Part shown: piece by piece, positions 17,152 to 25,520 of the stretch | How positions within the stretch are numbered: position 1 is the first letter of the stretch | Layout of the letters: each line of letters opens with the position of its first letter | Assembly: GCA_018401015.1 (NCBI GenBank) | Contig: JAGYLP010000009.1 | Location: forward strand, 11,599 to 75,598 | DNA from: Bacteroidales bacterium | Lineage (GTDB): Bacteria > Bacteroidota > Bacteroidia > Bacteroidales > M50B96 | Length of the DNA stretch: 64,000 nt | Reading direction: 5' to 3' | Translations under genes and position numbers: made by a program | Notes under the pieces: model-generated | What the model saw: only the letters and a program-made list of their open reading frames with translations | Databases searched by the model: none | Told to the model about the DNA's origin: nothing

Positions 17152-18873
17152 CTAGCTTACTTTGATATCTTTTACCACTAATTGAAGATTAGTGCGACCT
17201 CGAAATTCATTCTCTACGATGGTATAGGCTACGCTAAACGGAATTCGGCGAGACATCAACTCGTAATACTCCGACATGTTAAACGCAATGGCCGGAACTC
17301 GCAAACGATTATGGTCATTTTGAATTAATTCCAGCTTAAGGTGTTCTTGATTCTTGCCTACTAATCGCCCGCTTTCGTAATCGGTTACATTTCGGGTAAC
17401 AAAAACCGGCGACATATTTTCAGGTCCGAAAGGAGCAAATTGTTTTAGAATTCGGTAAAACTTGGGGGTAATATCCGATAAATCGAGAATCGCATCAATT
17501 TCAATTTGCGGAATGAGCTGCTCCGGTTTGATCGTTTCCTGAATAAATTTTTCAAATCGTTCTATGAAGATTGGCACATGTTCCACTTTCAGGGTGAGTC
17601 CTGCTGCATAGGCATGCCCTCCGAAATTCTCCAATAAATCACTGCACGATTCTATGGCTTGATAAATATCGTAACCTTCTACTGTGCGGGCCGATCCGGT
17701 GGCAAAGCCATTTGATTCGGTTAAAATGATCGTAGGACGATAATAATGCTCAATTAATCGTGATGCAACAATTCCAATAACTCCTTTGTGCCAATCGGGT
17801 TTGAAGAGCACGGTAGATTTCATTTTCTGAAGGTCCGGCGATTGATGAATCATTTCGAGCGCTTCCTGGGTAATGTTACGATCTAAATCTTTCCGGGCAT
17901 CGTTGAACGTATTCACTTCGGTCATAACGACGCCGGCATCATCGTGATTAGAGGCGATTAATAAATCGACCGATTTCCGACCCGATTCCATCCGACCCGC
18001 GGCGTTAATCCGAGGTCCAATCTTAAAAACTATATCGCTAATGCTAATTTCCTTCCCTTGTAAGTTGGAAGTTTTAATGATCGACAACAAGCCTTGAGTA
18101 GGATGCTGATTGAGTTGTAGCAACCCAAAATGAGCCAAAATCCGATTTTCACCAATAATGGGGACTATATCGGAGGCAATACTCACACATACTAGGTCGA
18201 GATACGGTTCAAGTTTGTAAAAAGGAATCTCCTCCTTCTCGGCAAATGCCTGCAACATTTTAAAACCAACTCCACAACCCGACAGATGCTTAAAGGGGTA
18301 ATCGCAATCGTTTCTTTTTGGGTCGAGAACCGCAACTGCAGCAGGAATTTCATCGCCAGGAGTATGATGATCGCAAATTATAAAATCGACCTTTTTTTCG
18401 TTCGCCAAGTCAATTTTCTCAATGGCTTTGATTCCACAATCAAGCGCTATTACAAGGCTAAAATTGTTCGAGGAAGCATATTCAATGCCCTGAACAGAGA
18501 TACCATAACCTTGCGAGTAGCGATCGGGGATGTAATAATCGAGTTTTTCCTCGGGATAAATCTCTTTTAAAAACGAATAAACCAATGCAACAGAGGTAGT
18601 CCCATCCACATCGTAATCGCCATAAATTAAGATTTTTTCGCCTTTCTCAATGGCATCCGACAAGCGTTTCACCGCCTTGTCCATGTCTTTCATTAAGAAG
18701 GGATCGTGCAATTGACTTAACTCCGGTCGGAAAAAAGCTTTTGCTTCATTAAAACTCGTAATGCCTCGTTGAACCAATAAACTTGCTAGAACCTTATCGA
18801 TATTTAGAGCCTGCGACAATTGGTCGATTGCCAATGGATTGCCGGCAGGTTTGATTTTCCAATTCCTTTCCAT
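17152..18873 (-). CDS. recJ: Single-stranded-DNA-specific exonuclease RecJ
   Basis: 573 aa. DHH motifs (IYGDYDVDGTTS, DCG, ICDHH) and DHHA1 motif (GGHAYAAG). Confidence 0.95.
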   Translation of the reverse strand: MERNWKIKPAGNPLAIDQLSQALNIDKVLASLLVQRGITSFNEAKAFFRPELSQLHDPFLMKDMDKAVKRLSDAIEKGEKILIYGDYDVDGTTSVALVYSFLKEIYPEEKLDYYIPDRYSQGYGISVQGIEYASSNNFSLVIALDCGIKAIEKIDLANEKKVDFIICDHHTPGDEIPAAVAVLDPKRNDCDYPFKHLSGCGVGFKMLQAFAEKEEIPFYKLEPYLDLVCVSIASDIVPIIGENRILAHFGLLQLNQHPTQGLLSIIKTSNLQGKEISISDIVFKIGPRINAAGRMESGRKSVDLLIASNHDDAGVVMTEVNTFNDARKDLDRNITQEALEMIHQSPDLQKMKSTVLFKPDWHKGVIGIVASRLIEHYYRPTIILTESNGFATGSARTVEGYDIYQAIESCSDLLENFGGHAYAAGLTLKVEHVPIFIERFEKFIQETIKPEQLIPQIEIDAILDLSDITPKFYRILKQFAPFGPENMSPVFVTRNVTDYESGRLVGKNQEHLKLELIQNDHNRLRVPAIAFNMSEYYELMSRRIPFSVAYTIVENEFRGRTNLQLVVKDIKVS

Positions 18874-18980
18874 ACTTCAATAGATAAAATGAATGAATGA
18901 GAACCCGATACATACATTAGCCACCGGATCATACTCCGGCAAGGCCAAGATGCATCTGACACATCAAGCACTGAGTAAAC

Positions 18981-19154
18981 TTACTTCAGCTTACTTAACT
19001 TATTGAAATTAAATGGAGAAAGGAAAGTGCTCCCGATGCTTCCGAACTTCCCCATGCCTGGCATGAAAAAGCGGCTAAAACCAGCAAAACCATCCCGAAG
19101 ACGGTTAGTCTCCTGTATGCTTTGCTGATTCTCAATGAACGTTTGTTTGGACAT
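18981..19154 (-). CDS. Possible 57-aa small ORF (below the track cutoff), function unknown
   Basis: Manual translation: MSKQTFIENQQSIQETNRLRDGFAGFSRFFMPGMGKFGSIGSTFLSPFNFNKLSKLK*. It lies in a 750-nt otherwise gene-free region. No family recognised and no strong promoter immediately upstream. Confidence 0.2.
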   Translation of the reverse strand: MSKQTFIENQQSIQETNRLRDGFAGFSRFFMPGMGKFGSIGSTFLSPFNFNKLSKLK

Positions 19155-19598
19155 ATATATGATTTTTGATATTTTCTCGAAAACTCGCGTGGAACAGGAC
19201 TAGATCCCGGGAGCTGAAAGTTACTTTCAAGCAAACAATCCACTGATATTCGCCTACTAAAACAGAACTAAATACCTATTAAGCAGGAATATAGAGCCAT
19301 TTTCAATCAAAAAATGCTCCTTTGCAAATTTAATCTTTACGAGTTAACTACCTAACTAAATATGCAGCCCTTAACTCGTTTCAAACGTAAAAATTTCAAA
19401 GCCAACTTTCCCTTTTCAAGCTTTGGAGAAAAGAATCCTTCAAACTCGCTCACTGGGAAAGCTTTTGTTGGGTTCGTGAATTTTGAAGCCCCTTTAGTCC
19501 TCCTAAATTACAAAAGAAGCAACCACTGCAAGCATCAAACATGAACTAAAAACGAACCCTGATGAAATATTTATGCAGGTAACTTCCGGAATAGCCAT

Positions 19599-19606
19599 TA
19601 CCTTTG
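19599..19606 (+). promoter_or_regulatory. -7 promoter box TACCTTTG for rsmA-mgtE-cmk
   Basis: Exact TAnnTTTG, 19 nt upstream of the ATG at 19625. Confidence 0.5.
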
Positions 19607-19624
19607 CTTTTCTTAATATGAAAC

Positions 19625-20437
19625 ATGGTAAAAGCAAAGAAACATTTAGGTCAACATTTCCTAAAAGATGAAAACATCGCCTCCAAGATTGTCGAAGCAA
19701 TTAACCCCAATTGCGACCATTTAGTGGAAATTGGACCCGGAACAGGAGTATTGACCAAATACTTGATTCCTCTCGCAGAAGAGCGGCTTAAAGTAATTGA
19801 AATTGATCAGGAGAGCGTCCACTATTTGGACAAAACCTACCCTGCACTCAATGGAAAAATCCTTGCCACCAACTTCCTACGACTCGATCTTAAAGAACAC
19901 TTTCCCGGAACCATTCACATCATCGGAAATTTACCCTACAACATCTCCAGCCAAATATTCTTCCACATCTTAAGCCATCGCAATCAAGTTAAGGAAGTAG
20001 TCGCGATGATCCAAAAAGAAGTGGCAGAGCGACTGGCAGCTCCTGCAGGAACAAAAAAAACAGGAATCCTTTCGGTTTACTTACAAAGCTTTTACGAAAT
20101 TGAATACCTCTTTACAGTTGGCGAACAAGTTTTTTATCCGCCACCGAAAGTCAAATCGGCCGTAATTCGATTAAAACGAAACGACCGAAATCAACTCGAT
20201 TGCGACGAAAAATTATTCCTGACCCTCATCAAAACAGCATTCGGGCAAAGAAGAAAAACGATTCGAAATTCCCTAAAGAGTATTTTTATACATTTGGACA
20301 CCCAAAGAGAAATCTTCTCGAAAAGGCCAGAACAATTAAGCATTGAGGAATTTGTTCTGCTAACTCAATGGGCCACCGAAATCAAAAGCCAATCGGCAAG
20401 GAAGGAGAACTATGGAGAACAAGCCGAAAATCGATAA
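19625..20437 (+). CDS. rsmA: 16S rRNA (adenine1518/1519-N6)-dimethyltransferase
   Basis: 270 aa. KKHLGQHFL, SAM-binding VEIGPGTGVLT, GNLPYNISS, FGQRRK. Confidence 0.95.
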   Translation: MVKAKKHLGQHFLKDENIASKIVEAINPNCDHLVEIGPGTGVLTKYLIPLAEERLKVIEIDQESVHYLDKTYPALNGKILATNFLRLDLKEHFPGTIHIIGNLPYNISSQIFFHILSHRNQVKEVVAMIQKEVAERLAAPAGTKKTGILSVYLQSFYEIEYLFTVGEQVFYPPPKVKSAVIRLKRNDRNQLDCDEKLFLTLIKTAFGQRRKTIRNSLKSIFIHLDTQREIFSKRPEQLSIEEFVLLTQWATEIKSQSARKENYGEQAENR

Positions 20438-21779
20438 AGAGTTCATCGAGAACCTTATACAGATTATCGAAGATCAAAATACGGAACAAGCACTCGAAAT
20501 AACCCAAGTGCTGCATGCTGCCGATTTGGCCGAAATTTACAATGCCCTTACCATCGACCAGGCTAAATTCCTCTACCTCCTACTTGATCAGGAAAAGGCC
20601 GGCGATGTGCTTATTGAATTGGATGAACATGCACGGGAACGATTCCTCGATTCCCTTCCCTCCGATGTTATTGCCCGACAGTTTATCCACGAAATGGATT
20701 CCGACGATGCTGCCGATGTAATCGGAGATTTATCGGAAGAAAAGCAGGAGGAAATCCTCGCTCTCATTTCAAATAAGGAACAAGCCGGCGACATTGTTGA
20801 CTTGTTAAACTACGACGAGGATAGTGCTGGTGGACTCATGGCCAAGGAGTTCGTTAAAGTGGAGGAAGGTTGGGATATAGAGCATTGCATTCAGGAAATC
20901 AGAACTCAGGCCGAGGTGGTTGTGGAACTCTATTTTGTCTATGTTGTCAATCAATACAATAAACTCATCGGATTAATTTCCTTGAAAGATCTCCTCCTAA
21001 ATAATCCGAAGAAACCAATCGATTCCTTTATAAATAGAGATGTTATTTCCGTCAAAACCGACGAAAGCGCAGAAGATGTAGCCCGTATCATGGATAAGTA
21101 CGACTTGGTGGCTATTCCGGTGGTCGATTCCATTGGTCGATTAGTCGGTCGCATTACCATCGACGACGTTGTGGATGTAATGCGCGAGGCTGCCGAGAAA
21201 GATTATCAATTAATTTCGGGTATTACCTCCGATGTTGAATCGTCCGATCGAGTATGGACCATTACTCGAGCAAGGTTACCTTGGCTGGTAATCGGACTTT
21301 TCGGCGGTATTCTTGGAGCGCGGGTTATCGAAATTTACGAATTCGACCTGGGTATTTACCCTCAACTAGCATTTTTTATCCCTCTAATTGCAGCAATGGC
21401 AGGTAATGTTGGAATTCAATCCAGTTCGATTATCGTTCAAAACATCGCAGCCAATGTTTTTGAAGTGGAGAGCACGCTTAAAAAACTAATGAAAGAGCTT
21501 TCGGTCGGATTAATGAATGGCATTATCTGCGCTGCCTTGCTCTTTGGGTACAATTGGCTCACTGCCTCCTCCATGGACCTCACCATTGCAGTCAGCATCT
21601 CCCTTTTGGCGGTGATTTTATTCGCCTCCTTTTTTGGCACCTTAATCCCCATTCTGCTCAACAAAGCCAAAATAGACCCGGCATTGGCTACCGGGCCATT
21701 TATTACCACTATGAACGATATTGTCGGCTTGCTCATTTACCTGAATATCGGCAGAATGATTTTCAATCTTCACTTATAA
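20412..21779 (+). CDS. mgtE: Magnesium transporter MgtE
   Basis: 455 aa. MgtE N-domain (acidic, HAADLAEI), CBS pair, C-terminal TM domain with PLIAAMAGNVGIQSS and GPFITTMNDIVGL motifs. The start overlaps the rsmA 3' end by 26 nt. Confidence 0.95.
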   Translation: MENKPKIDKEFIENLIQIIEDQNTEQALEITQVLHAADLAEIYNALTIDQAKFLYLLLDQEKAGDVLIELDEHARERFLDSLPSDVIARQFIHEMDSDDAADVIGDLSEEKQEEILALISNKEQAGDIVDLLNYDEDSAGGLMAKEFVKVEEGWDIEHCIQEIRTQAEVVVELYFVYVVNQYNKLIGLISLKDLLLNNPKKPIDSFINRDVISVKTDESAEDVARIMDKYDLVAIPVVDSIGRLVGRITIDDVVDVMREAAEKDYQLISGITSDVESSDRVWTITRARLPWLVIGLFGGILGARVIEIYEFDLGIYPQLAFFIPLIAAMAGNVGIQSSSIIVQNIAANVFEVESTLKKLMKELSVGLMNGIICAALLFGYNWLTASSMDLTIAVSISLLAVILFASFFGTLIPILLNKAKIDPALATGPFITTMNDIVGLLIYLNIGRMIFNLHL

Positions 21780-21782
21780 AGT

Positions 21783-22499
21783 TTGAGTATGCATAGCAGT
21801 CAACCGAAAATAATCATTGCCATCGATGGGTTCTCATCGTGCGGAAAAAGCACTTTGGCAAGGCAAGTAGCCAAGGAACTTCACTATACCTACATCGATA
21901 GCGGAGCCATGTATCGGGCAGTAACCCTCGAAGCAATTCGAAGGAATCTGGTCGATGGCGTTCAGCCAGACGAACAAGCGCTGAGCACCTTACTCGATGA
22001 AATACAAATCGATTTTCATATCAGTAAAACAACCGGATTGCAAGAAATTTGGTTGAATGGGAAAAATGTCGAAGAAGAAATCCGCGATATCGAAGTGTCC
22101 GACTCGGTGTCTATCATTAGCAAACAAGAGGTGGTTCGCACAAAACTCGTATTCCTTCAGCGACGGCTTGGAAAGTCAAAGGGAATTGTGATGGATGGCA
22201 GAGATATTGGCACTGTGGTCTTCCCCGATGCAGAGCTAAAAATCTTCATGACAGCCGACGAAAGCATTCGAGCGAAACGACGCTACGACGAACTCATTGC
22301 GAAAGGGATGGAGGTTAAACTAGAATCCATCCAGAAGAATATTCATTTTAGAGATTATATCGACCAAACGCGAGAGATTAGTCCGCTAAAAAAAGCCGAC
22401 GATGCAATCGAATTGGATAATTCCTTTTTAAGTATTGAAGAAACCGTCCAACAGGTTATTGATCTTTTTCATCAGAAACTGAGGGAACTGAATGTATAA
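21783..22499 (+). CDS. cmk: (d)CMP kinase
   Basis: 238 aa. P-loop IAIDGFSSCGKST, SGAMYRA, MDGRDIGTVVFPDAELKIF, RAKRR. Confidence 0.93.
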   Translation: MSMHSSQPKIIIAIDGFSSCGKSTLARQVAKELHYTYIDSGAMYRAVTLEAIRRNLVDGVQPDEQALSTLLDEIQIDFHISKTTGLQEIWLNGKNVEEEIRDIEVSDSVSIISKQEVVRTKLVFLQRRLGKSKGIVMDGRDIGTVVFPDAELKIFMTADESIRAKRRYDELIAKGMEVKLESIQKNIHFRDYIDQTREISPLKKADDAIELDNSFLSIEETVQQVIDLFHQKLRELNV

Positions 22500-22509
22500 A
22501 ACCAAGCGC

Positions 22510-23028
22510 TTATTCCTCGCCTGGGGCCTTAAGGCTGGTCTTCTTCCTTTCGGTAGATAATGCTTCCTTGCGCTTACGAGCTTCCTCCAATCGATCGAGA
22601 AATTCACGGTTCGCAATACTATCCTCCTCCAACAATTGCCGATTGCTTTCAATAATCAGCGTATCAGTTGGAAGGCTATCTGATGGATGATCCTGCGTCA
22701 ATTCGGCTTCCAATTGACTCAAATGAACCAACAGATCTTCATAAATCTGTTCGTATTCCTCTCCTCGAAGGGAATAATACTGCACACTGGTATCAAAACG
22801 CGCGCGTTCAACACCGTACTCATCCATAATAGCCTGATAAAGAAGACTCTTATCGGCTTTGAAATGCAAACGATTAACCGACAAATAGGCATCGGCCAGG
22901 TGCAAATCAGCTAACAACAGAACAAGGGTATCGGCTGGAATAATTTCTTCCCGATGAGTTTCTTTTTCAGCATTACAAGAAACTATAAGCAAGCTGATTA
23001 ACAGCCAGGCATGAAAGATCCTTTTCAT
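22510..23028 (-). CDS. Lipoprotein, probably DUF4296 family
   Basis: 172 aa. Lipobox LLIVSC. The LLLADLHLADAYL segment resembles the DUF4296 core as I recall it. Confidence 0.5.
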   Translation of the reverse strand: MKRIFHAWLLISLLIVSCNAEKETHREEIIPADTLVLLLADLHLADAYLSVNRLHFKADKSLLYQAIMDEYGVERARFDTSVQYYSLRGEEYEQIYEDLLVHLSQLEAELTQDHPSDSLPTDTLIIESNRQLLEEDSIANREFLDRLEEARKRKEALSTERKKTSLKAPGEE

Positions 23029-23057
23029 CCTGCTAAGCTAGGCATATTAAACGAATC

Positions 23058-23699
23058 TTAGCAGCCTCCTTCGGCCGATTTCTTAGCTCTTTTTACCGGG
23101 ATAACCGGCAATGAGGCCTTGCTCTCTTTTGGAGCTGAATTGACTTTACCTCCTCCGCTCAACTGCTCTTTGAGCGCCTCAAAATCAACCGTCGATTGTT
23201 CCACAAGAATCTCCTTCATCGGAAAAGAGCCTGCCTGGTCTTTCCCTTGATAACCCGAAAGTAAAACCAGATTATTGGTATAACCCAACTGGCGCAATAG
23301 CATCCAATACGGAATAACCTCATCAGGGTGAGAGGCATACAAAATATTGATGTACTGATCATCTTCCAACCAATCGCGATAAGTATCCTCTAACAAAGCA
23401 TGCGAAGGAATATTAATCGCTCCTTGGAAATGACCTTTAATGTAGTCGTGAGGATTACGCAAATCGACTAAACGGTGGGGGAAAGAGGCGAAAGAGAGCA
23501 ATTCTTTTGCTTGATTCGGATTCACGGTACTTTCCTCCATATTTGTCAATTCGAGCGCTTCGGCGCCACTTACTGCGTATTCAAATTCAGGTTTTGGCAG
23601 GGTAATGAACCCGACGATGAAAACTACCAAGAACAGGAAGCCACCCAAAGGTAACTTATAGGAAATTTTTTTATGATCGTTCGGATGTGCGATACTCAT
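23058..23699 (-). CDS. Membrane-anchored rhodanese-fold protein without the active-site Cys and with a C-terminal ...KRAKKSAEGGC tail
   Basis: 213 aa. N-terminal TM helix LGGFLFLVVFIVGFITL. Rhodanese-like core (LVDLRNPHDYIKGHFQGAINIP ... INILYASHPDE...LLRQLGY). By spacing against the GlpE active-site loop, the catalytic position is Ala. The single Cys is the last residue. Confidence 0.75.
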   Translation of the reverse strand: MSIAHPNDHKKISYKLPLGGFLFLVVFIVGFITLPKPEFEYAVSGAEALELTNMEESTVNPNQAKELLSFASFPHRLVDLRNPHDYIKGHFQGAINIPSHALLEDTYRDWLEDDQYINILYASHPDEVIPYWMLLRQLGYTNNLVLLSGYQGKDQAGSFPMKEILVEQSTVDFEALKEQLSGGGKVNSAPKESKASLPVIPVKRAKKSAEGGC

Positions 23700-23718
23700 A
23701 ACAATAAAGATTTAAGGG

Positions 23719-24333
23719 TTAACAACCACCTTGGGCAGCTTTCTTTTTTCTACTAACTTGAATCATAGGCTTCTTGGGTGCTTCAGACTCAACCGTTTCT
23801 TCTGCCGAGTTTCCAAAATACTGGCTGGCAGCTACTCGAAAACTATATAAGTCGAACTCCTCTTGTGGAGCGGTAGAGGCAGGCTTAACTGGATTTAAAA
23901 TCGTTTCTGCCCAACGATTTACGCCACCTTCAAGCACGTATATATTGGACAAGTTACGACGTTTCGACAACACCCAGGCCTGCGTGGCTTTGGCCGAGGT
24001 ATTGGAATAAAAAATCTTTCGCAAGCCCTCTTGTTGCAGATAAGGCAAATAATTGGGAGACTGAATACTATCCAAGGGAATGTGGAGCGACCCAGGCAAA
24101 GAAAAGTTTTGATATTCATCCCCGGATCGTACGTCGATAAGCAAAAAATAAGGATCCTTTTCAACAATCGAATGGGCCAATTCATCGGTACTTATCCAAC
24201 GGCTTTCGTCGTTGATAGCTAGCAGTAAATCGACCGGATCCTTTTCGATTTTTATTTGTTTCTCCGGTAAAAACATGAGCACCGCTCCGAGCAAAATAGC
24301 TATGGCCGACACAAAAGCATATCGTATATTCAT
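23719..24333 (-). CDS. Membrane-anchored rhodanese-fold protein without the active-site Cys and with a C-terminal ...SRKKKAAQGGC tail
   Basis: 204 aa. TM helix FVSAIAILLGAVLMFL. Rhodanese core (LLIDVRSGDEYQNFSLPGSLHIP ... KIFYSNTSAKATQAW ... VLEGGVNRW). The catalytic position is Ser. The single Cys is the last residue. Confidence 0.78.
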   Translation of the reverse strand: MNIRYAFVSAIAILLGAVLMFLPEKQIKIEKDPVDLLLAINDESRWISTDELAHSIVEKDPYFLLIDVRSGDEYQNFSLPGSLHIPLDSIQSPNYLPYLQQEGLRKIFYSNTSAKATQAWVLSKRRNLSNIYVLEGGVNRWAETILNPVKPASTAPQEEFDLYSFRVAASQYFGNSAEETVESEAPKKPMIQVSRKKKAAQGGC

Positions 24334-24345
24334 GCTGGTAAGAAT

Positions 24346-24936
24346 TTAGTATTCAACTTTTTTAACACGTTTTTCAATCCACCGGGTTGCATAAAATGCT
24401 ATAAGCGCAACCGCAATTAGCATAAAGGCAAAGCTCCCCTGGCGCATCCCTAAACTATCGTAAACCTTGATTCGGCCTAAATCGCCGGCGAAAACAAAAT
24501 CTACCCACCAGTCATAGGTAAATCCGAAGAGGCTAATGCCGATAAAAATCCCGACAAGAAAAACCATGGCATCAATCTTTCCTATAGAAGCAGCACAAAC
24601 GCTGGTTCCGGGACAAAATCCACCAACAATGAATCCGAGGCCCATAATGGCACCGCCGGTTAATGCCGATGGCCAGAATGTTGGATTCACATACACGAGC
24701 GATAAATCGATCCACTCAAAATAGTGAAAGAACAATAGCCCTACCATGGCAGTAATAGCCGCAGTGAAGAATACACGCAAAACGACAAAGTCGTAGCCGT
24801 AAAAAACACCGGCTAATTTGCGACTGGAAGAAAATCCGGCCTGCTCCAATACCCCGCCAAAAAATAATCCTAAAATAAAGGCAAGAACAAAGTTCCAATT
24901 ACCTCCAATAATATCCTGTGTTACAAGTGGTCCCAT
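24346..24936 (-). CDS. YeeE/YedE family sulfur-compound transporter, half-size subunit
   Basis: 196 aa, polytopic, Gly-rich helices, conserved GGFCPGTSVC motif. Confidence 0.85.
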   Translation of the reverse strand: MGPLVTQDIIGGNWNFVLAFILGLFFGGVLEQAGFSSSRKLAGVFYGYDFVVLRVFFTAAITAMVGLLFFHYFEWIDLSLVYVNPTFWPSALTGGAIMGLGFIVGGFCPGTSVCAASIGKIDAMVFLVGIFIGISLFGFTYDWWVDFVFAGDLGRIKVYDSLGMRQGSFAFMLIAVALIAFYATRWIEKRVKKVEY

Positions 24937-24954
24937 CTTAGTTTCTTTTAAAAA

Positions 24955-25479
24955 TCAAATCCAAAGTTTACGCATGAAATAAGCAAATAAAAAGGCTGTC
25001 CCAAAGATGGCCAGCATCGAAATAAAACCTGCGGTAGAAAGTACTGCCATCCCACTCAATGCCGCACCACTGGTACATCCTCGACCAAATTGAGAACCGA
25101 TACCAAATAAAATACCTCCCAGCACAGCTGCTATTAAGCGGGTTTTGGAACTAATTTTAGGAGAATGTTCTACTTTAAGTTTTAAACGCCCGGCAAAGGC
25201 TCCGGAAATTAATCCACCCAGCAAAACGCCCAATACTTCGAAAACGAGCCAGGACTTAAGCGGACTCTCTCCTTCCGAAGCGCCCGACTCAAAAAAGAGA
25301 GTCGATGAAGCAAATTCCGGGGCAACCGTCCCAACAGTTGTAACCACAACACTTTTAACAGCTCCTGAAGCACCTAATCCCCTCCCGGTAAAATAGAACG
25401 ATGCCAACAGAACCAATCCTAATAAAAATCCGGCTAAATACGGATTCATATACTTTGAAGCTTGCTTATTTTCTTCCAT
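24955..25479 (-). CDS. YeeE/YedE family sulfur-compound transporter, half-size subunit
   Basis: 174 aa, polytopic, conserved GRGCTSGAALSG motif. 18 nt upstream of the second half. Confidence 0.85.
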   Translation of the reverse strand: MEENKQASKYMNPYLAGFLLGLVLLASFYFTGRGLGASGAVKSVVVTTVGTVAPEFASSTLFFESGASEGESPLKSWLVFEVLGVLLGGLISGAFAGRLKLKVEHSPKISSKTRLIAAVLGGILFGIGSQFGRGCTSGAALSGMAVLSTAGFISMLAIFGTAFLFAYFMRKLWI

Positions 25480-25520
25480 ATCAATAATTACTAAAACGTT
25501 AACTCCTATTCTTCATATCT

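Noticed and set aside
18995-19243. An 82-aa minus-strand track ORF in the recJ-rsmA spacer.
   Set aside because: Its composition is unconvincing, it overlaps the alternative 57-aa ORF in a different frame, and it has no promoter box close upstream. It is kept only as part of the spacer observation.
20380-20412. An M-box (Mg2+) riboswitch in front of mgtE.
   Set aside because: The mgtE start lies inside the rsmA coding sequence, so there is no leader in which a roughly 160-nt riboswitch could reside.
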